From a virus (lineage: Duplodnaviria > Caudoviricetes), in the IMG/VR virus record IMGVR_UViG_3300025018_000329, positions 1 to 35,619 of that record: a stretch of 35,619 nt of DNA; one strand, written 5' to 3'. The notes beneath the pieces were generated by a model. It made no database searches and was not told the DNA's origin. It worked only from the letters and a program-made list of their open reading frames with translations. Made by a program: the position numbers and the translations under genes. Of the stretch, positions 18,319-27,041 are shown piece after piece; the first letter of the stretch is position 1; each line of letters starts with the position of its first letter.

Positions 18319-21039
18319 ATGGGGCGCGACAATAATCTATCCTACGGATTTACAAAGGACGGCCAGACGGTATACGTCGACGCCGACGATCCGGCGGAGA
18401 TGTATCGTCGCGCTCAAGACGGATGGGAACCTGACCGGCCCGTCGAGGCCGAGATGTGGGGCAAGAAAGTCGCGCTCGGCCGGGCCTCCGACATCGTCAG
18501 TACGATGACGGCCGGGACGTCCCGCATCAGGGGCGACGAGGACCTCGAAAACGCCCGCGCCAATCGGATCCGAGAAGATGACGCAAGCGGCATCGGCGGC
18601 AAGACTGTCGCGCTCTTGACGGGCATCGGCGATGCGGCATCTCTCGGGGGGACAAAGCTCATTCGCAAGGGCTTCGACCTCGAAACCGAGAAATATCGGG
18701 ACATGTTGAACTACAACCCGGGCACCTACACGGCCGGGCAAATCATCGGAATGCTGACACCCACAGGACGTGGCGCGGGCGCATTGTCGACGGCGAGTAA
18801 GTTCATCCCGGCGGCGGCAGCGAGCCGTCTTGGGGCGTCAGCGGCGGCCAAATGGGGCACGGGGGCAATCGCCCGGGGCGCGATAAGCGGGGCCGTTGAG
18901 GGCGCCGTGGGCAACACGGCGATGACGACGGCGAGCATGATCGCCGAGAACCGACCGCTTACGGTTGAGGCGCTTCTCGCCGCCCCGCTCGTCGGCGGGG
19001 CCCTCGGCGGGACGCTCGGGGCCGCGTTCCCGGCCGCCGGGCAGCTCCTGGGCAAGGCCCGAGGTGAGCCCGACTCACTAGGAATCCTGGGCGGCAAGGT
19101 CGACGACATTGCAGAGGCGGCAGCGATGCGGGGAGACGACGTCGCCGACGCCGTCTCCGGGGCCGCGGGCGGGGCGGAAGCCGCGGGGGCCGCGACCATG
19201 CGGTCGACGCGCCTAAACGCCGTGACGGGCTCGACAAAGGCCGGGCGCGAGACCGTGGCGGGCATGAAAGATCAGTTCGACACGGCCGAGGGCTTTATCA
19301 AGCACCTCGATGACGTGATGGAGACTCACGGGGCCACGATGGCGCGCGAGGAGCGCAACGCGCTTTTCGGGCTCAAGCGCGAAATGCACGACGTCATGCG
19401 GGGTCCCCGGGGCAAGACGGGCATCCGGGCAGTGGTTTTCGACAAGCTCGGCAAGGGCAAGCAACTGTCGGGCTCGCAAGCCCGGAGCCTTGCCGGCGGC
19501 ATGGAGCGGCTCACCAAAAAGCAGGGCGAGGTGCTCGGGCTCCTGGGCGCCAAGGCCACGCGCGAGATGGGGGAAATGGCGGCGGACGTGTCGCGCAACT
19601 TCGCCCGGCTCGCCGACGAAGCCGCAAGCGGGATGGCGACCTCCGCCGACGTCTTGCAAGACACGTTGGGCCGCCTTGGCGTCAAGGGTAAGCACCTCGA
19701 GTCGGCCGCGCCGGCGATGGTGCGGGGCTCCGACGAGTATGTCGCGACGATCGGCAACCTTAACGGCATGGTGCAGAAATCCGACACGATCGTGGCCAAG
19801 GGTCTCGGGCTCGCCGATGATCCCGTGGCCCAGCGTCTTGTCGCCAAAGCCCAGGGCACCCGTGCGGCGCTCGACGATGCCATCGGCGGCGCCGACAACA
19901 TGGTCGAGGCATTCGCAAACTCGGCGCAACCCAACGTGGGCCTAAACGCGTTCTCGCAACACCAGCGGGCCGTGAAAGACTTGGCCGCCCACCTGGGCGA
20001 GACCTTCGACACGCTCACGCCCGTGACCCACGCCGCCGAGAAGGGCGGCATCGGCGCGATGGATCTAGCGGCGGCATCGGAGGCCCTCGGGGTGACCAGT
20101 GTCACCGACGGCATTCCGGGTGCGAAGCTACTCGCCTCGGCGGTGGCGCTCAGGCGGCTTGGCTTGCAAGTCGCCGGCGGTGGCGCGATGGGAAAACTCC
20201 TTGAAGGGGGCGCGATCGGAGCCGTGTCTGGTAGGCTTGCGAGCGCCCTCGGCAAGGCCAAAGACGTCGCCGCGAAAGCGGCGGGGTTTTTCGGCCGAGG
20301 CGTGACGGCGGTGGCCCCGTATGTGGCCCGGAGCTCCGTTGCGATCCTCAATAACGTAATCCATTCGCCGGCCGCGGGTGGACGGGGCAAGGATCTTAAG
20401 ACCCCGGCGGGCGCCTTTGCCCGCAAGTCGGCCGATGTCACCCGGGCCCACACTGACCCCGAGCTCGTGCGCGAAAGCACCCATGCGATCCTGGGCTCCG
20501 TCGCGACATCGTTTCCCGAGCTTGTGATCATGGCGGCCGACAAGGCGCAGCAACGCGTCGGGTATTTGTTCGACAAGATGCCCAAGCCGCCCGACTTTTT
20601 TCCGTTGGGGCGGGGCGGGTGGTCGCCGTCGCGGTCGGAAATTAACACGTGGGCGCGTCACGTCGACGCCGCCGAGAATCCCTTGGGCGTTTTGCAGCGC
20701 ATCGACGCGCTCACCCCCGAGGGCGCCGAGACGATCCGCACGCTCTATCCCGAGATCTTCGGCGAGTTTCAACGCAACATCGTCGCGAACGCCGCCACGT
20801 TACAAAATAAGATGAATCGGCGGCAGCGATATTTGCTTGGGATGCTCATGGATGCGCCGCTCGATGCGACGCAGACGCTAGATTACGCCGCGGCAATGCA
20901 GGGCAATTTTGCTCAGCCCGGCGCGCCGGCAGCGGTCGACCCTCTGGGCGGCCACGTTACGCAAGACGCTAGGGCCTCGCGCGCCATCACGGCCGAGCCC
21001 GCAACATCAGCCGACAGGGCGGCGGGCAGGAGCCGATAA
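18319..21039 (+). CDS. Large internal virion / ejection protein
   Basis: 906 aa; Gly/Ala-rich hydrophobic segments (VGGALGGTLGAAF); third gene of the ejection triad. Confidence 0.6.
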   Translation: MGRDNNLSYGFTKDGQTVYVDADDPAEMYRRAQDGWEPDRPVEAEMWGKKVALGRASDIVSTMTAGTSRIRGDEDLENARANRIREDDASGIGGKTVALLTGIGDAASLGGTKLIRKGFDLETEKYRDMLNYNPGTYTAGQIIGMLTPTGRGAGALSTASKFIPAAAASRLGASAAAKWGTGAIARGAISGAVEGAVGNTAMTTASMIAENRPLTVEALLAAPLVGGALGGTLGAAFPAAGQLLGKARGEPDSLGILGGKVDDIAEAAAMRGDDVADAVSGAAGGAEAAGAATMRSTRLNAVTGSTKAGRETVAGMKDQFDTAEGFIKHLDDVMETHGATMAREERNALFGLKREMHDVMRGPRGKTGIRAVVFDKLGKGKQLSGSQARSLAGGMERLTKKQGEVLGLLGAKATREMGEMAADVSRNFARLADEAASGMATSADVLQDTLGRLGVKGKHLESAAPAMVRGSDEYVATIGNLNGMVQKSDTIVAKGLGLADDPVAQRLVAKAQGTRAALDDAIGGADNMVEAFANSAQPNVGLNAFSQHQRAVKDLAAHLGETFDTLTPVTHAAEKGGIGAMDLAAASEALGVTSVTDGIPGAKLLASAVALRRLGLQVAGGGAMGKLLEGGAIGAVSGRLASALGKAKDVAAKAAGFFGRGVTAVAPYVARSSVAILNNVIHSPAAGGRGKDLKTPAGAFARKSADVTRAHTDPELVRESTHAILGSVATSFPELVIMAADKAQQRVGYLFDKMPKPPDFFPLGRGGWSPSRSEINTWARHVDAAENPLGVLQRIDALTPEGAETIRTLYPEIFGEFQRNIVANAATLQNKMNRRQRYLLGMLMDAPLDATQTLDYAAAMQGNFAQPGAPAAVDPLGGHVTQDARASRAITAEPATSADRAAGRSR

Positions 21040-21041
21040 GT

Positions 21042-21389
21042 ATGTTTGAACTATTCAAAGTGATCTTGGATGGCGGCGGGGTGCTCGCGTTTGCATTCGT
21101 TGTGTGGTGGGAACTTCGCGCCGTGCGCGCGTCCCTTGCCGAGATCTCGACAAACCTCGCGACGAGCCTCGGGCGGCAGCACCAACTCATAGAATGCAGT
21201 GTCAAAGCATGTCCCGTGCACGCGCATCTTGAGCGCCAGGAATTGCGCGAACACGGCGAGCGCCGAGCGGGCGCCGTCAGGCGCCACGCCGACCTGCCGA
21301 TCGTCGCGGATACTCTCGACGAGGGCGACGAGACGGCCGAGGGGTACGACGCCGCGTGGGAGAATAGGGCGGGAACGGGGCGGGAATGA
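21042..21389 (+). CDS. Membrane protein, holin-like
   Basis: N-terminal TM helix GGVLAFAFVVWW and charged C-terminus; directly before the spanins. Confidence 0.5.
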   Translation: MFELFKVILDGGGVLAFAFVVWWELRAVRASLAEISTNLATSLGRQHQLIECSVKACPVHAHLERQELREHGERRAGAVRRHADLPIVADTLDEGDETAEGYDAAWENRAGTGRE

Positions 21390-21751
21390 GTGCACTCACT
21401 ATCGCATCGATCGCCGGTAATGCGATCGCAATCATTGGGGTAACGATCTTAGGAGTCATGTATGGGAACGCAAAAGCCAAGGCATCCAAGCTCGAGGAGC
21501 AATTTCTACATGAGCGCGTTGCCACATTCGTCGTCGCTGAGCGCTCGGCTCGGTTGCAAGACGTCGTCGCCAGCACCACGACCGACCTCGAGGAATGTCG
21601 CGTGGCGTTGGCTAATGCTGGCACCGCTCCTGCTCTTGCCAATCGTTTCAACAACGTGCTCGAGCGGCTCCGTCGCAACGGTCGTCCCGGTGGCGGGGCC
21701 GGGGTGCCTGTCAAGCCCACCGCCGATGCCGCCAAACAAGGAGGCAGGTGA
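21386..21751 (+). CDS. Inner-membrane spanin (Rz-like)
   Basis: N-terminal TM followed by coiled coil; overlapped by a lipoprotein gene in another frame. Confidence 0.7.
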   Translation: MSALTIASIAGNAIAIIGVTILGVMYGNAKAKASKLEEQFLHERVATFVVAERSARLQDVVASTTTDLEECRVALANAGTAPALANRFNNVLERLRRNGRPGGGAGVPVKPTADAAKQGGR

Positions 21752-21926
21752 TTGGGCGAAGTCATTCGGCAATGAGGCAACGTGCGGCACGGGCGATCCC
21801 ATTGTTGACGACTTGGTATGTTTCATGCGCGAGGATTTCGGCGACGTCGTCGTTTATCTCGAGATGCTCGCCGACTATGCGCAAAACGCGTGGACACTTT
21901 GCAAACCAACAGAGGTGACAAAATGA
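21615..21926 (+). CDS. Outer-membrane spanin lipoprotein (Rz1-like)
   Basis: MLAPLLLLPIVSTT-C signal with atypical lipobox, Pro-rich PPPMPP, extra Cys; starts inside the i-spanin. Start uncertain. Confidence 0.65.
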   Translation: MLAPLLLLPIVSTTCSSGSVATVVPVAGPGCLSSPPPMPPNKEAGDWAKSFGNEATCGTGDPIVDDLVCFMREDFGDVVVYLEMLADYAQNAWTLCKPTEVTK

Positions 21927-22177
21927 CGTGGCTCTTGGAAAATTACGGGAAACTATTTGAGATATTCGGGACGGTCGTTACGGCGGCCACGATGGTCGTC
22001 ACGGCCATGGGCGCAATCATGCCGCAAGCAACGTGGGACAATTGGATGCTCAAGAAATTGGCGTGGCTCGCCGACAAGCTCTCGATCTTCACCCCGGATT
22101 CCCTGGGCGCCCGTGCGGTGTTTAAGGTTCTGCCAGACGGGGACTCGGCCGAGCTAAAGAAGATCGGGGGTGTGTGA
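21923..22177 (+). CDS. Holin-like membrane protein
   Basis: ATGA-coupled, GAGG RBS; 84 aa with TM helix IFGTVVTAATMVVTAMGAI then an amphipathic helix. Confidence 0.55.
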   Translation: MTWLLENYGKLFEIFGTVVTAATMVVTAMGAIMPQATWDNWMLKKLAWLADKLSIFTPDSLGARAVFKVLPDGDSAELKKIGGV

Positions 22178-22569
22178 TGGGACAGGTAAACGGGCAGCGG
22201 CTCCGACTCTTGACCGATGCGGTCGTGTCGACGGGGATCACGAAATACTTTTTGATTGACTGCAAAGAAGCCACCCACGTCGGCATCCAATTGCGATGGG
22301 TGACCACGGGGTCCGGCGCTGTGACCGTGACCCTATGGGAAACGTGCGAGGAGCGGCCGTCGTCTGTCCTGCTCGCAGACTTCATGGCGAGCGATGGATA
22401 CTTCTCGGCGATGACTGACGTCACGCTCCTGGGCCCCGCGGCGGCCGCGGCATCGGGCGTCTCGATGGTCAACATCGACAACGTTTGCGGGACCTATATC
22501 CGCGGCAAGATCGCATACGCATCGGGCACAAACGCAACGATTCAAGGTTACGCGGTCGTAAAGGGGTAG
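22174..22569 (+). CDS. Hypothetical beta-rich (virion?) protein
   Basis: Coupled ORF with alternating beta-strand pattern. Confidence 0.6.
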   Translation: MMGQVNGQRLRLLTDAVVSTGITKYFLIDCKEATHVGIQLRWVTTGSGAVTVTLWETCEERPSSVLLADFMASDGYFSAMTDVTLLGPAAAAASGVSMVNIDNVCGTYIRGKIAYASGTNATIQGYAVVKG

Positions 22570-22572
22570 ATC

Positions 22573-23367
22573 ATGGCAACGATGGGATCCACGGGGCTCG
22601 GTGCCGATCACAGAACATGTCACGGGCAGCGCCCTCGCGCCGGACGATCCGTCGGGCACGGGCTCCGCGGCATTGACTGGCCGGACACTCAAGCCAAACA
22701 CACCGCACAACTTGGCTTCGCCGCGACGCTGATCTGGCCATTGCAAAACGCCGCCACGCCGATGACAGAGGCCGTGGATGGCGTATATCCGTGGACCGAC
22801 TGGAATGGGCCGACAACCTACGGCAATGCATCCCCCTATCGCGGGCGCGTCGGGGTGCAGGCGCGGCACAACACGAACGACACGATGGCGGCCGACGCCG
22901 TGTCGGTGACCCCGGGCACTGACTCGTTTTGCTTTGTGATGATTAAGCGGGTGCCAGCGTATTTCACGAGCAATCTTTACTTGCTGTACAAATGGGATGT
23001 GTCGACGGGATTCTACTTTTTTCGCTACGGTACAACCGGCGGTTACGCGTGGACCGTGAGCGATGGAGTCAGCGGCAATGGGCCGACCGTAGCCGCGAGC
23101 GACGCTGTCGGGTATGCCGCAATGTTGTTCGGCGTAGATCGCGTCGCCGAGAAAGCATACTTGGCGATCAAATGCGGCGGTCGGTCGGTCGTGGAGACGG
23201 CCAACATCGTCGGCTATGGGACGCTGTCGAACGCTGGGCACCTATGGGTGCCCGGGCCGGGCGGGAACGAGATCGGCCCTTATGTGTATCTGTCTTATAC
23301 GGTCGGGGCGGGCGCCCGTTTGTACGGGCGTGAACTCGAGACCATCAACAAAGTGTGGGCGGGATAG
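22573..23367 (+). CDS. Putative LamG/concanavalin-like virion accessory protein
   Basis: LIWPLQNAATPMTEAVDG start-of-domain pattern and aromatic-rich beta strands; fold is inferred. Confidence 0.45.
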   Translation: MATMGSTGLGADHRTCHGQRPRAGRSVGHGLRGIDWPDTQAKHTAQLGFAATLIWPLQNAATPMTEAVDGVYPWTDWNGPTTYGNASPYRGRVGVQARHNTNDTMAADAVSVTPGTDSFCFVMIKRVPAYFTSNLYLLYKWDVSTGFYFFRYGTTGGYAWTVSDGVSGNGPTVAASDAVGYAAMLFGVDRVAEKAYLAIKCGGRSVVETANIVGYGTLSNAGHLWVPGPGGNEIGPYVYLSYTVGAGARLYGRELETINKVWAG

Positions 23368-23379
23368 CACGGGGCGCGA

Positions 23380-23925
23380 ATGCAGTGGATCAAAGGAGCG
23401 CCCGTAGTCTCGGGCGACTATGTGATCCACGCCCACGGGCTCACCGACGTGGCCGTCGTTAACGTCGAGGAATCGTGGTTTCACGTCGCCGATATCGCGC
23501 GCCCGCTCTCGCACTGGCCCTCTGATACGTGGCGTTCACCCGCGCCGCTTAAGGTGCCGGGGCTTGTCGATGTGTTGCGCGTTGACTTGCCCACGTATGC
23601 GGTGCCCCGTCGGGCGATGCCGCTGCCGCCGGTCATCGACGACGACATTGCAACGTGGTTCACCACGCGGGCAAGCGCGTCCCTTGCCCCCGACACGTCA
23701 CTCGCCGATGCGATGCGGCAGCTATCGCGCTTTATGATGGTGATCGCCGAGATCCCCGTGTGGCGCGAGCTCACGATTCAGTCGCTCGAATGGCCCGACC
23801 CGCACACCGATCAAGCCTACGGGGACGCCTCGCGCTTCGCCGCCCGCGAGCTTCGGCGGCTTTATGCCCTCGAGGCCCGGCTCGCCCTCGAGGCCCGGCA
23901 GCGGCGCGACAGTGAGCCGTGGTGA
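23380..23925 (+). CDS. Hypothetical protein
   Basis: Last rightward ORF; converges on the methyltransferase stop with a 2-nt gap. Confidence 0.6.
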   Translation: MQWIKGAPVVSGDYVIHAHGLTDVAVVNVEESWFHVADIARPLSHWPSDTWRSPAPLKVPGLVDVLRVDLPTYAVPRRAMPLPPVIDDDIATWFTTRASASLAPDTSLADAMRQLSRFMMVIAEIPVWRELTIQSLEWPDPHTDQAYGDASRFAARELRRLYALEARLALEARQRRDSEPW

Positions 23926-23927
23926 CC

Positions 23928-24890
23928 CTACTCGTCGAGCAGCGCGAACAGCGGGCCATGTTGTTGGGACGGGCGAAGCGGTGGCGCATCGGCCACGGCG
24001 CCCCGGCACGCCGGCGAGAACCATATCGCCTCGAGTGACTTGGTTTTGTCACCGCCGTATGTGTTCGAGCCGCGTTCCCAGGGCACGAGCTCCCAACCCG
24101 GCAAGTCATAGTCGTCGACGTGGCCGCATATCGCGATGCGGAGATTCCCGTTTTGACCCGCCCACGTTGCAACGGCGTCGGCCGTCGGGGTGAAAGACCC
24201 GTAGAGTTTTTCATAGGCGCGATATGGTGGATCGAGGAACACCGCCGTGTTGTCGCCCCCGTAATGATGGTTCAGGCATCGGTGCCAGTCGCCATGGGTG
24301 ACGCGCACGCGCTCAAGGCGGGCTTGCAATCGCCTAAGCCAGTCGAGGGCCGTGCGCCCGCCGCTTGTCACCATCCCCACGTCGCCGTCGCCGCATCGCG
24401 CCAACACGCCCATGCCGGCGCTGCTCGCATGGGGAATCTGTCCCCGTGCTTGCACTCCCCTGCCGGCGTCGCCCGCCCATTCGCACCACCCGCTGCCGAT
24501 CCAGGCGCACTGGCCCCACAGCCACCATCCGGCAACTTGTGCGTCGCCGGGCCATTCCGGATCTTGCAAGGTGTCGCCGAGGCGCATCCGTTGATCGCCG
24601 AGCCACGCGTGGCGGGCGCCCAGGTCGATGTGGCTCACGGGATAGTCGGCCCATGACGCGACGGCGTCGGCGTCATGCTTTGTCGCTCGCCAAAAGTTTG
24701 CAATGAAGCCGTTCAGGTCGTTGACGACCTCGAGGGGCGCGACGTGCGGCGATGCGAGCAGCACCGCCGCCGAACCACAAAACGGCTCGATATATTGCTT
24801 GGGCGTGCCGAGGCGTTCCCAAATGGCATCGACGACGGATCTCTTGCCGCCAAAATACGGGAATGGGGCGCGGAGAGCATCGTCACTCAT
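23928..24890 (-). CDS. DNA adenine methyltransferase (Dam/D12 class)
   Basis: PFPYFGGK, YIEPFCGSAAV (motif I), VVND, VFLDPPY (motif IV). ATG 24890 chosen as start. Confidence 0.92.
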   Translation of the reverse strand: MSDDALRAPFPYFGGKRSVVDAIWERLGTPKQYIEPFCGSAAVLLASPHVAPLEVVNDLNGFIANFWRATKHDADAVASWADYPVSHIDLGARHAWLGDQRMRLGDTLQDPEWPGDAQVAGWWLWGQCAWIGSGWCEWAGDAGRGVQARGQIPHASSAGMGVLARCGDGDVGMVTSGGRTALDWLRRLQARLERVRVTHGDWHRCLNHHYGGDNTAVFLDPPYRAYEKLYGSFTPTADAVATWAGQNGNLRIAICGHVDDYDLPGWELVPWERGSNTYGGDKTKSLEAIWFSPACRGAVADAPPLRPSQQHGPLFALLDE

Positions 24891-24921
24891 GACGCCGAGC
24901 CCATTAGCAGCCGTGGTGACC

Positions 24922-25362
24922 CTACCATCCCCATCGACCCCATTCGTCGTCAATGTAATCGTAGATCAAAGACCAAAACAGCTCATCGGCGTGCATGCGA
25001 TCCGGATCAAACCCGGCGACCATACGGGCGCAATGGGCGAGCTCGTGCGCGAGCTCCGTGTCGGCCAATTTGTCGAAGGTCGGGACGTATATTTCATCGC
25101 ATCCAAACATGAGCCCGCCGACGCACTGGCCGTGCCATAGGACCGATGGGGTCTCCGTCCCGGGGCAAACGGTCGTCGTCCAGTATACCGTCGTCTTGAT
25201 CTCGGCGAGGTCCCACAGGTATGCGTTGCCGACGATGCGGAAAAGGTGCGCCTCGGCCTCGGCCTGATGCGGGCGCAAATCCTTTGAGGCCCATGGTATT
25301 CCGTTGGGGTCCGGGGCAAGGCACGCCCCGGACACGAGGGCAACAATCACGGCATGTCTCAT
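24922..25362 (-). CDS. Putative lipoprotein with HExxH zinc-metallopeptidase motif
   Basis: ATGA-coupled start MRHAVIVALVSGA-C; LAHELAH motif and a downstream His. Confidence 0.6.
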   Translation of the reverse strand: MRHAVIVALVSGACLAPDPNGIPWASKDLRPHQAEAEAHLFRIVGNAYLWDLAEIKTTVYWTTTVCPGTETPSVLWHGQCVGGLMFGCDEIYVPTFDKLADTELAHELAHCARMVAGFDPDRMHADELFWSLIYDYIDDEWGRWGW

Positions 25363-25790
25363 TCCCATTGTGACAACCATTTCCCCAATTCTGCTATCGC
25401 CGGGCGCTCGTCGTCCGGCACCATTTTCCAATATTTGCGCATCGTGTCGATGGCGGCGGCGATCGTGTCCCGCGACGGCCTTGGCGTCTTGTGCGGCAGC
25501 GGGCCGTGGTTGACGTTCGGGGTCACGTCCCACACGATCGCCTTGCGACCGGTCACCGTGCACGGGCGCTCGTCGACCTCGCGGATCAGACCCATCTCGC
25601 GGAGCTCCGTGAATCGTGCGCGCGATTGCGTGTAATTGGCCACGACGCCATCCGCCACATGGCCAAACAATTCGGCCGACGTCGCCGGGCCGTGATGGTA
25701 CAATGCCTTATACACATCGCGGCGGCGCCGTGAGAGCCCGCCGCCCTCGACGAGCGCTCGGTATGCCGCAAGGGACGTGCTCCGGGTCAT
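25359..25790 (-). CDS. Winged-helix DNA-binding protein
   Basis: VYKAL..GPATSAEL...RARFTELREMGLI...TGRKAIVW. Confidence 0.75.
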   Translation of the reverse strand: MTRSTSLAAYRALVEGGGLSRRRRDVYKALYHHGPATSAELFGHVADGVVANYTQSRARFTELREMGLIREVDERPCTVTGRKAIVWDVTPNVNHGPLPHKTPRPSRDTIAAAIDTMRKYWKMVPDDERPAIAELGKWLSQWE

Positions 25791-26002
25791 TTACTCACCC
25801 CCCGGGCGCCGATGTGCCACGGGCAATCGCCGTCGGCGCTGCAATCGTCGGGCGTGCACGGGATCTTGTGCCCCGGGGTACATTCGGACATCGAGTCGCC
25901 GCACGGCACAAGGTCATCGACGGAGCACCCGCACCCAAGGGTATAGAGGCCGTCAAATCCGTTTGCGCGCAGATAGTCTAGAACTATCAGCCTGGCTGTC
26001 AC
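25787..26002 (-). CDS. Small Cys-rich protein
   Basis: GTGA-coupled start; YLRANGFDGL..CGC..DLVPC; 7 Cys. Confidence 0.65.
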   Translation of the reverse strand: MTARLIVLDYLRANGFDGLYTLGCGCSVDDLVPCGDSMSECTPGHKIPCTPDDCSADGDCPWHIGARGVSK

Positions 26003-26301
26003 AGCGAGCACCCGGCCCACGCCCCGGCGGCCCAGTCGGTGACGGCGGCGAGGTGTCGGAGCACCCGGCCCCAATCGGCACGGTCAAGGCAAACCCATGC
26101 GGTGGTGCACACGTCATCGCCGCCCGGAGGGCAGCGCGTCACCTTGACGCAAGAGCCCGGGGCGTCGGGGTCCACGGGGAACGCCCCAGGGCCCTCGCCT
26201 TGCCACGGAGCGGCCGGGGGCGGCTCCGTGGCGCATGGGGCTTTCGGGGGCGGCGGGCAGGCGGACAACGCGAGGAGCGCCCCGATTATGAGCGGGCGCA
26301 T
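25999..26301 (-). CDS. Lipoprotein paralogous to the o-spanin
   Basis: GGAGG RBS; MRPLIIGALLALSA-C canonical lipobox; Pro-rich; C-terminus aligns with 21615-21926. Confidence 0.75.
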   Translation of the reverse strand: MRPLIIGALLALSACPPPPKAPCATEPPPAAPWQGEGPGAFPVDPDAPGSCVKVTRCPPGGDDVCTTAWVCLDRADWGRVLRHLAAVTDWAAGAWAGCSL

Positions 26302-26526
26302 TAGTGCACCTCCACAAGTCGGGCCCGGGCGTCCCGGGCGAGCACCTCGGACAGGGAAATATGGTCGATATGTTTCGCCGTGGACGATGGTGATCGTGAC
26401 GGGGCGCTTGACGCCGAGGGCCGAAAGCGACGCGAGCCGAGCCGAGATCTCGGCCCGCGTCGCCGCGAGATCCGTGACGTCGTCGGCGATGTGGAAAGTT
26501 TCTGTGAACGCATCGGGCAGGGTCAT
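26301..26526 (-). CDS. Hypothetical protein, apparently frameshifted near 26375
   Basis: ATGA-coupled start MTLPDAF. Codon bias moves +1 at GGCGAAACAT into a frame that ends with TAATG overlapping the next start. Confidence 0.45.
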
Positions 26527-27041
26527 CGGGGGCAATCCTTTCGCCGCCATCCTGGGCGCGGCGGGCATTTCCCGTGCACGGCGTCGAGCTCAGAAGCGAG
26601 CGCCGATCGTTGGGGCACGGGCCAATAGCGGACACGTTGACGGCCGGAGTGGTGCAAGAGCACCCCGGCGGGATATGTCAGGTCAAGACACCCGCGATAG
26701 GTGCCGGGCGCCTTGCGGGTCGTGTCGACAAACCATTTGCCATCGGGGGCCAATTTGCCCCACGGCCCGCGATCGATGACGCGCAACACCTCGCGGTCGC
26801 CCGTTTTAGGGTTCTCGACGATCACCCATGAGCCGAGGGCGAGTGTGCGGTGGGCGACGCCCGTGTCGAGCCGGGGCGAGCGCTGGAACCATATCGTCTT
26901 GCCGCCCGCCATCGAGTCGCCGTGGCCGATGACGCGCCCCGTTGACGGGTACACGTCGGCGGCCCGGTAGCCGTAGAGAGTCGAGCCGCACGACTGCGCC
27001 GGGGTCGAGGCCAAAAGCGCGGCGACGAGCTTCGCAATCAT
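26523..27041 (-). CDS. RlpA-like double-psi beta-barrel protein (lytic transglycosylase-like), probably secreted
   Basis: VAHRTLALGSWVIVENP..VIDRGP..LDLT matches the RlpA DPBB signature; hydrophobic N-terminus. Confidence 0.8.
   Translation of the reverse strand: MIAKLVAALLASTPAQSCGSTLYGYRAADVYPSTGRVIGHGDSMAGGKTIWFQRSPRLDTGVAHRTLALGSWVIVENPKTGDREVLRVIDRGPWGKLAPDGKWFVDTTRKAPGTYRGCLDLTYPAGVLLHHSGRQRVRYWPVPQRSALASELDAVHGKCPPRPGWRRKDCPR

Noticed and set aside
19326-20648. 440-aa antisense ORF and many similar shadow ORFs
   Set aside because: Expected opposite high-GC genes; no RBS or motifs.
23867-23899. GCCCTCGAGGCCCGGC tandem duplication
   Set aside because: In-frame coding micro-duplication (ALEARL-ALEARQ); two copies only.
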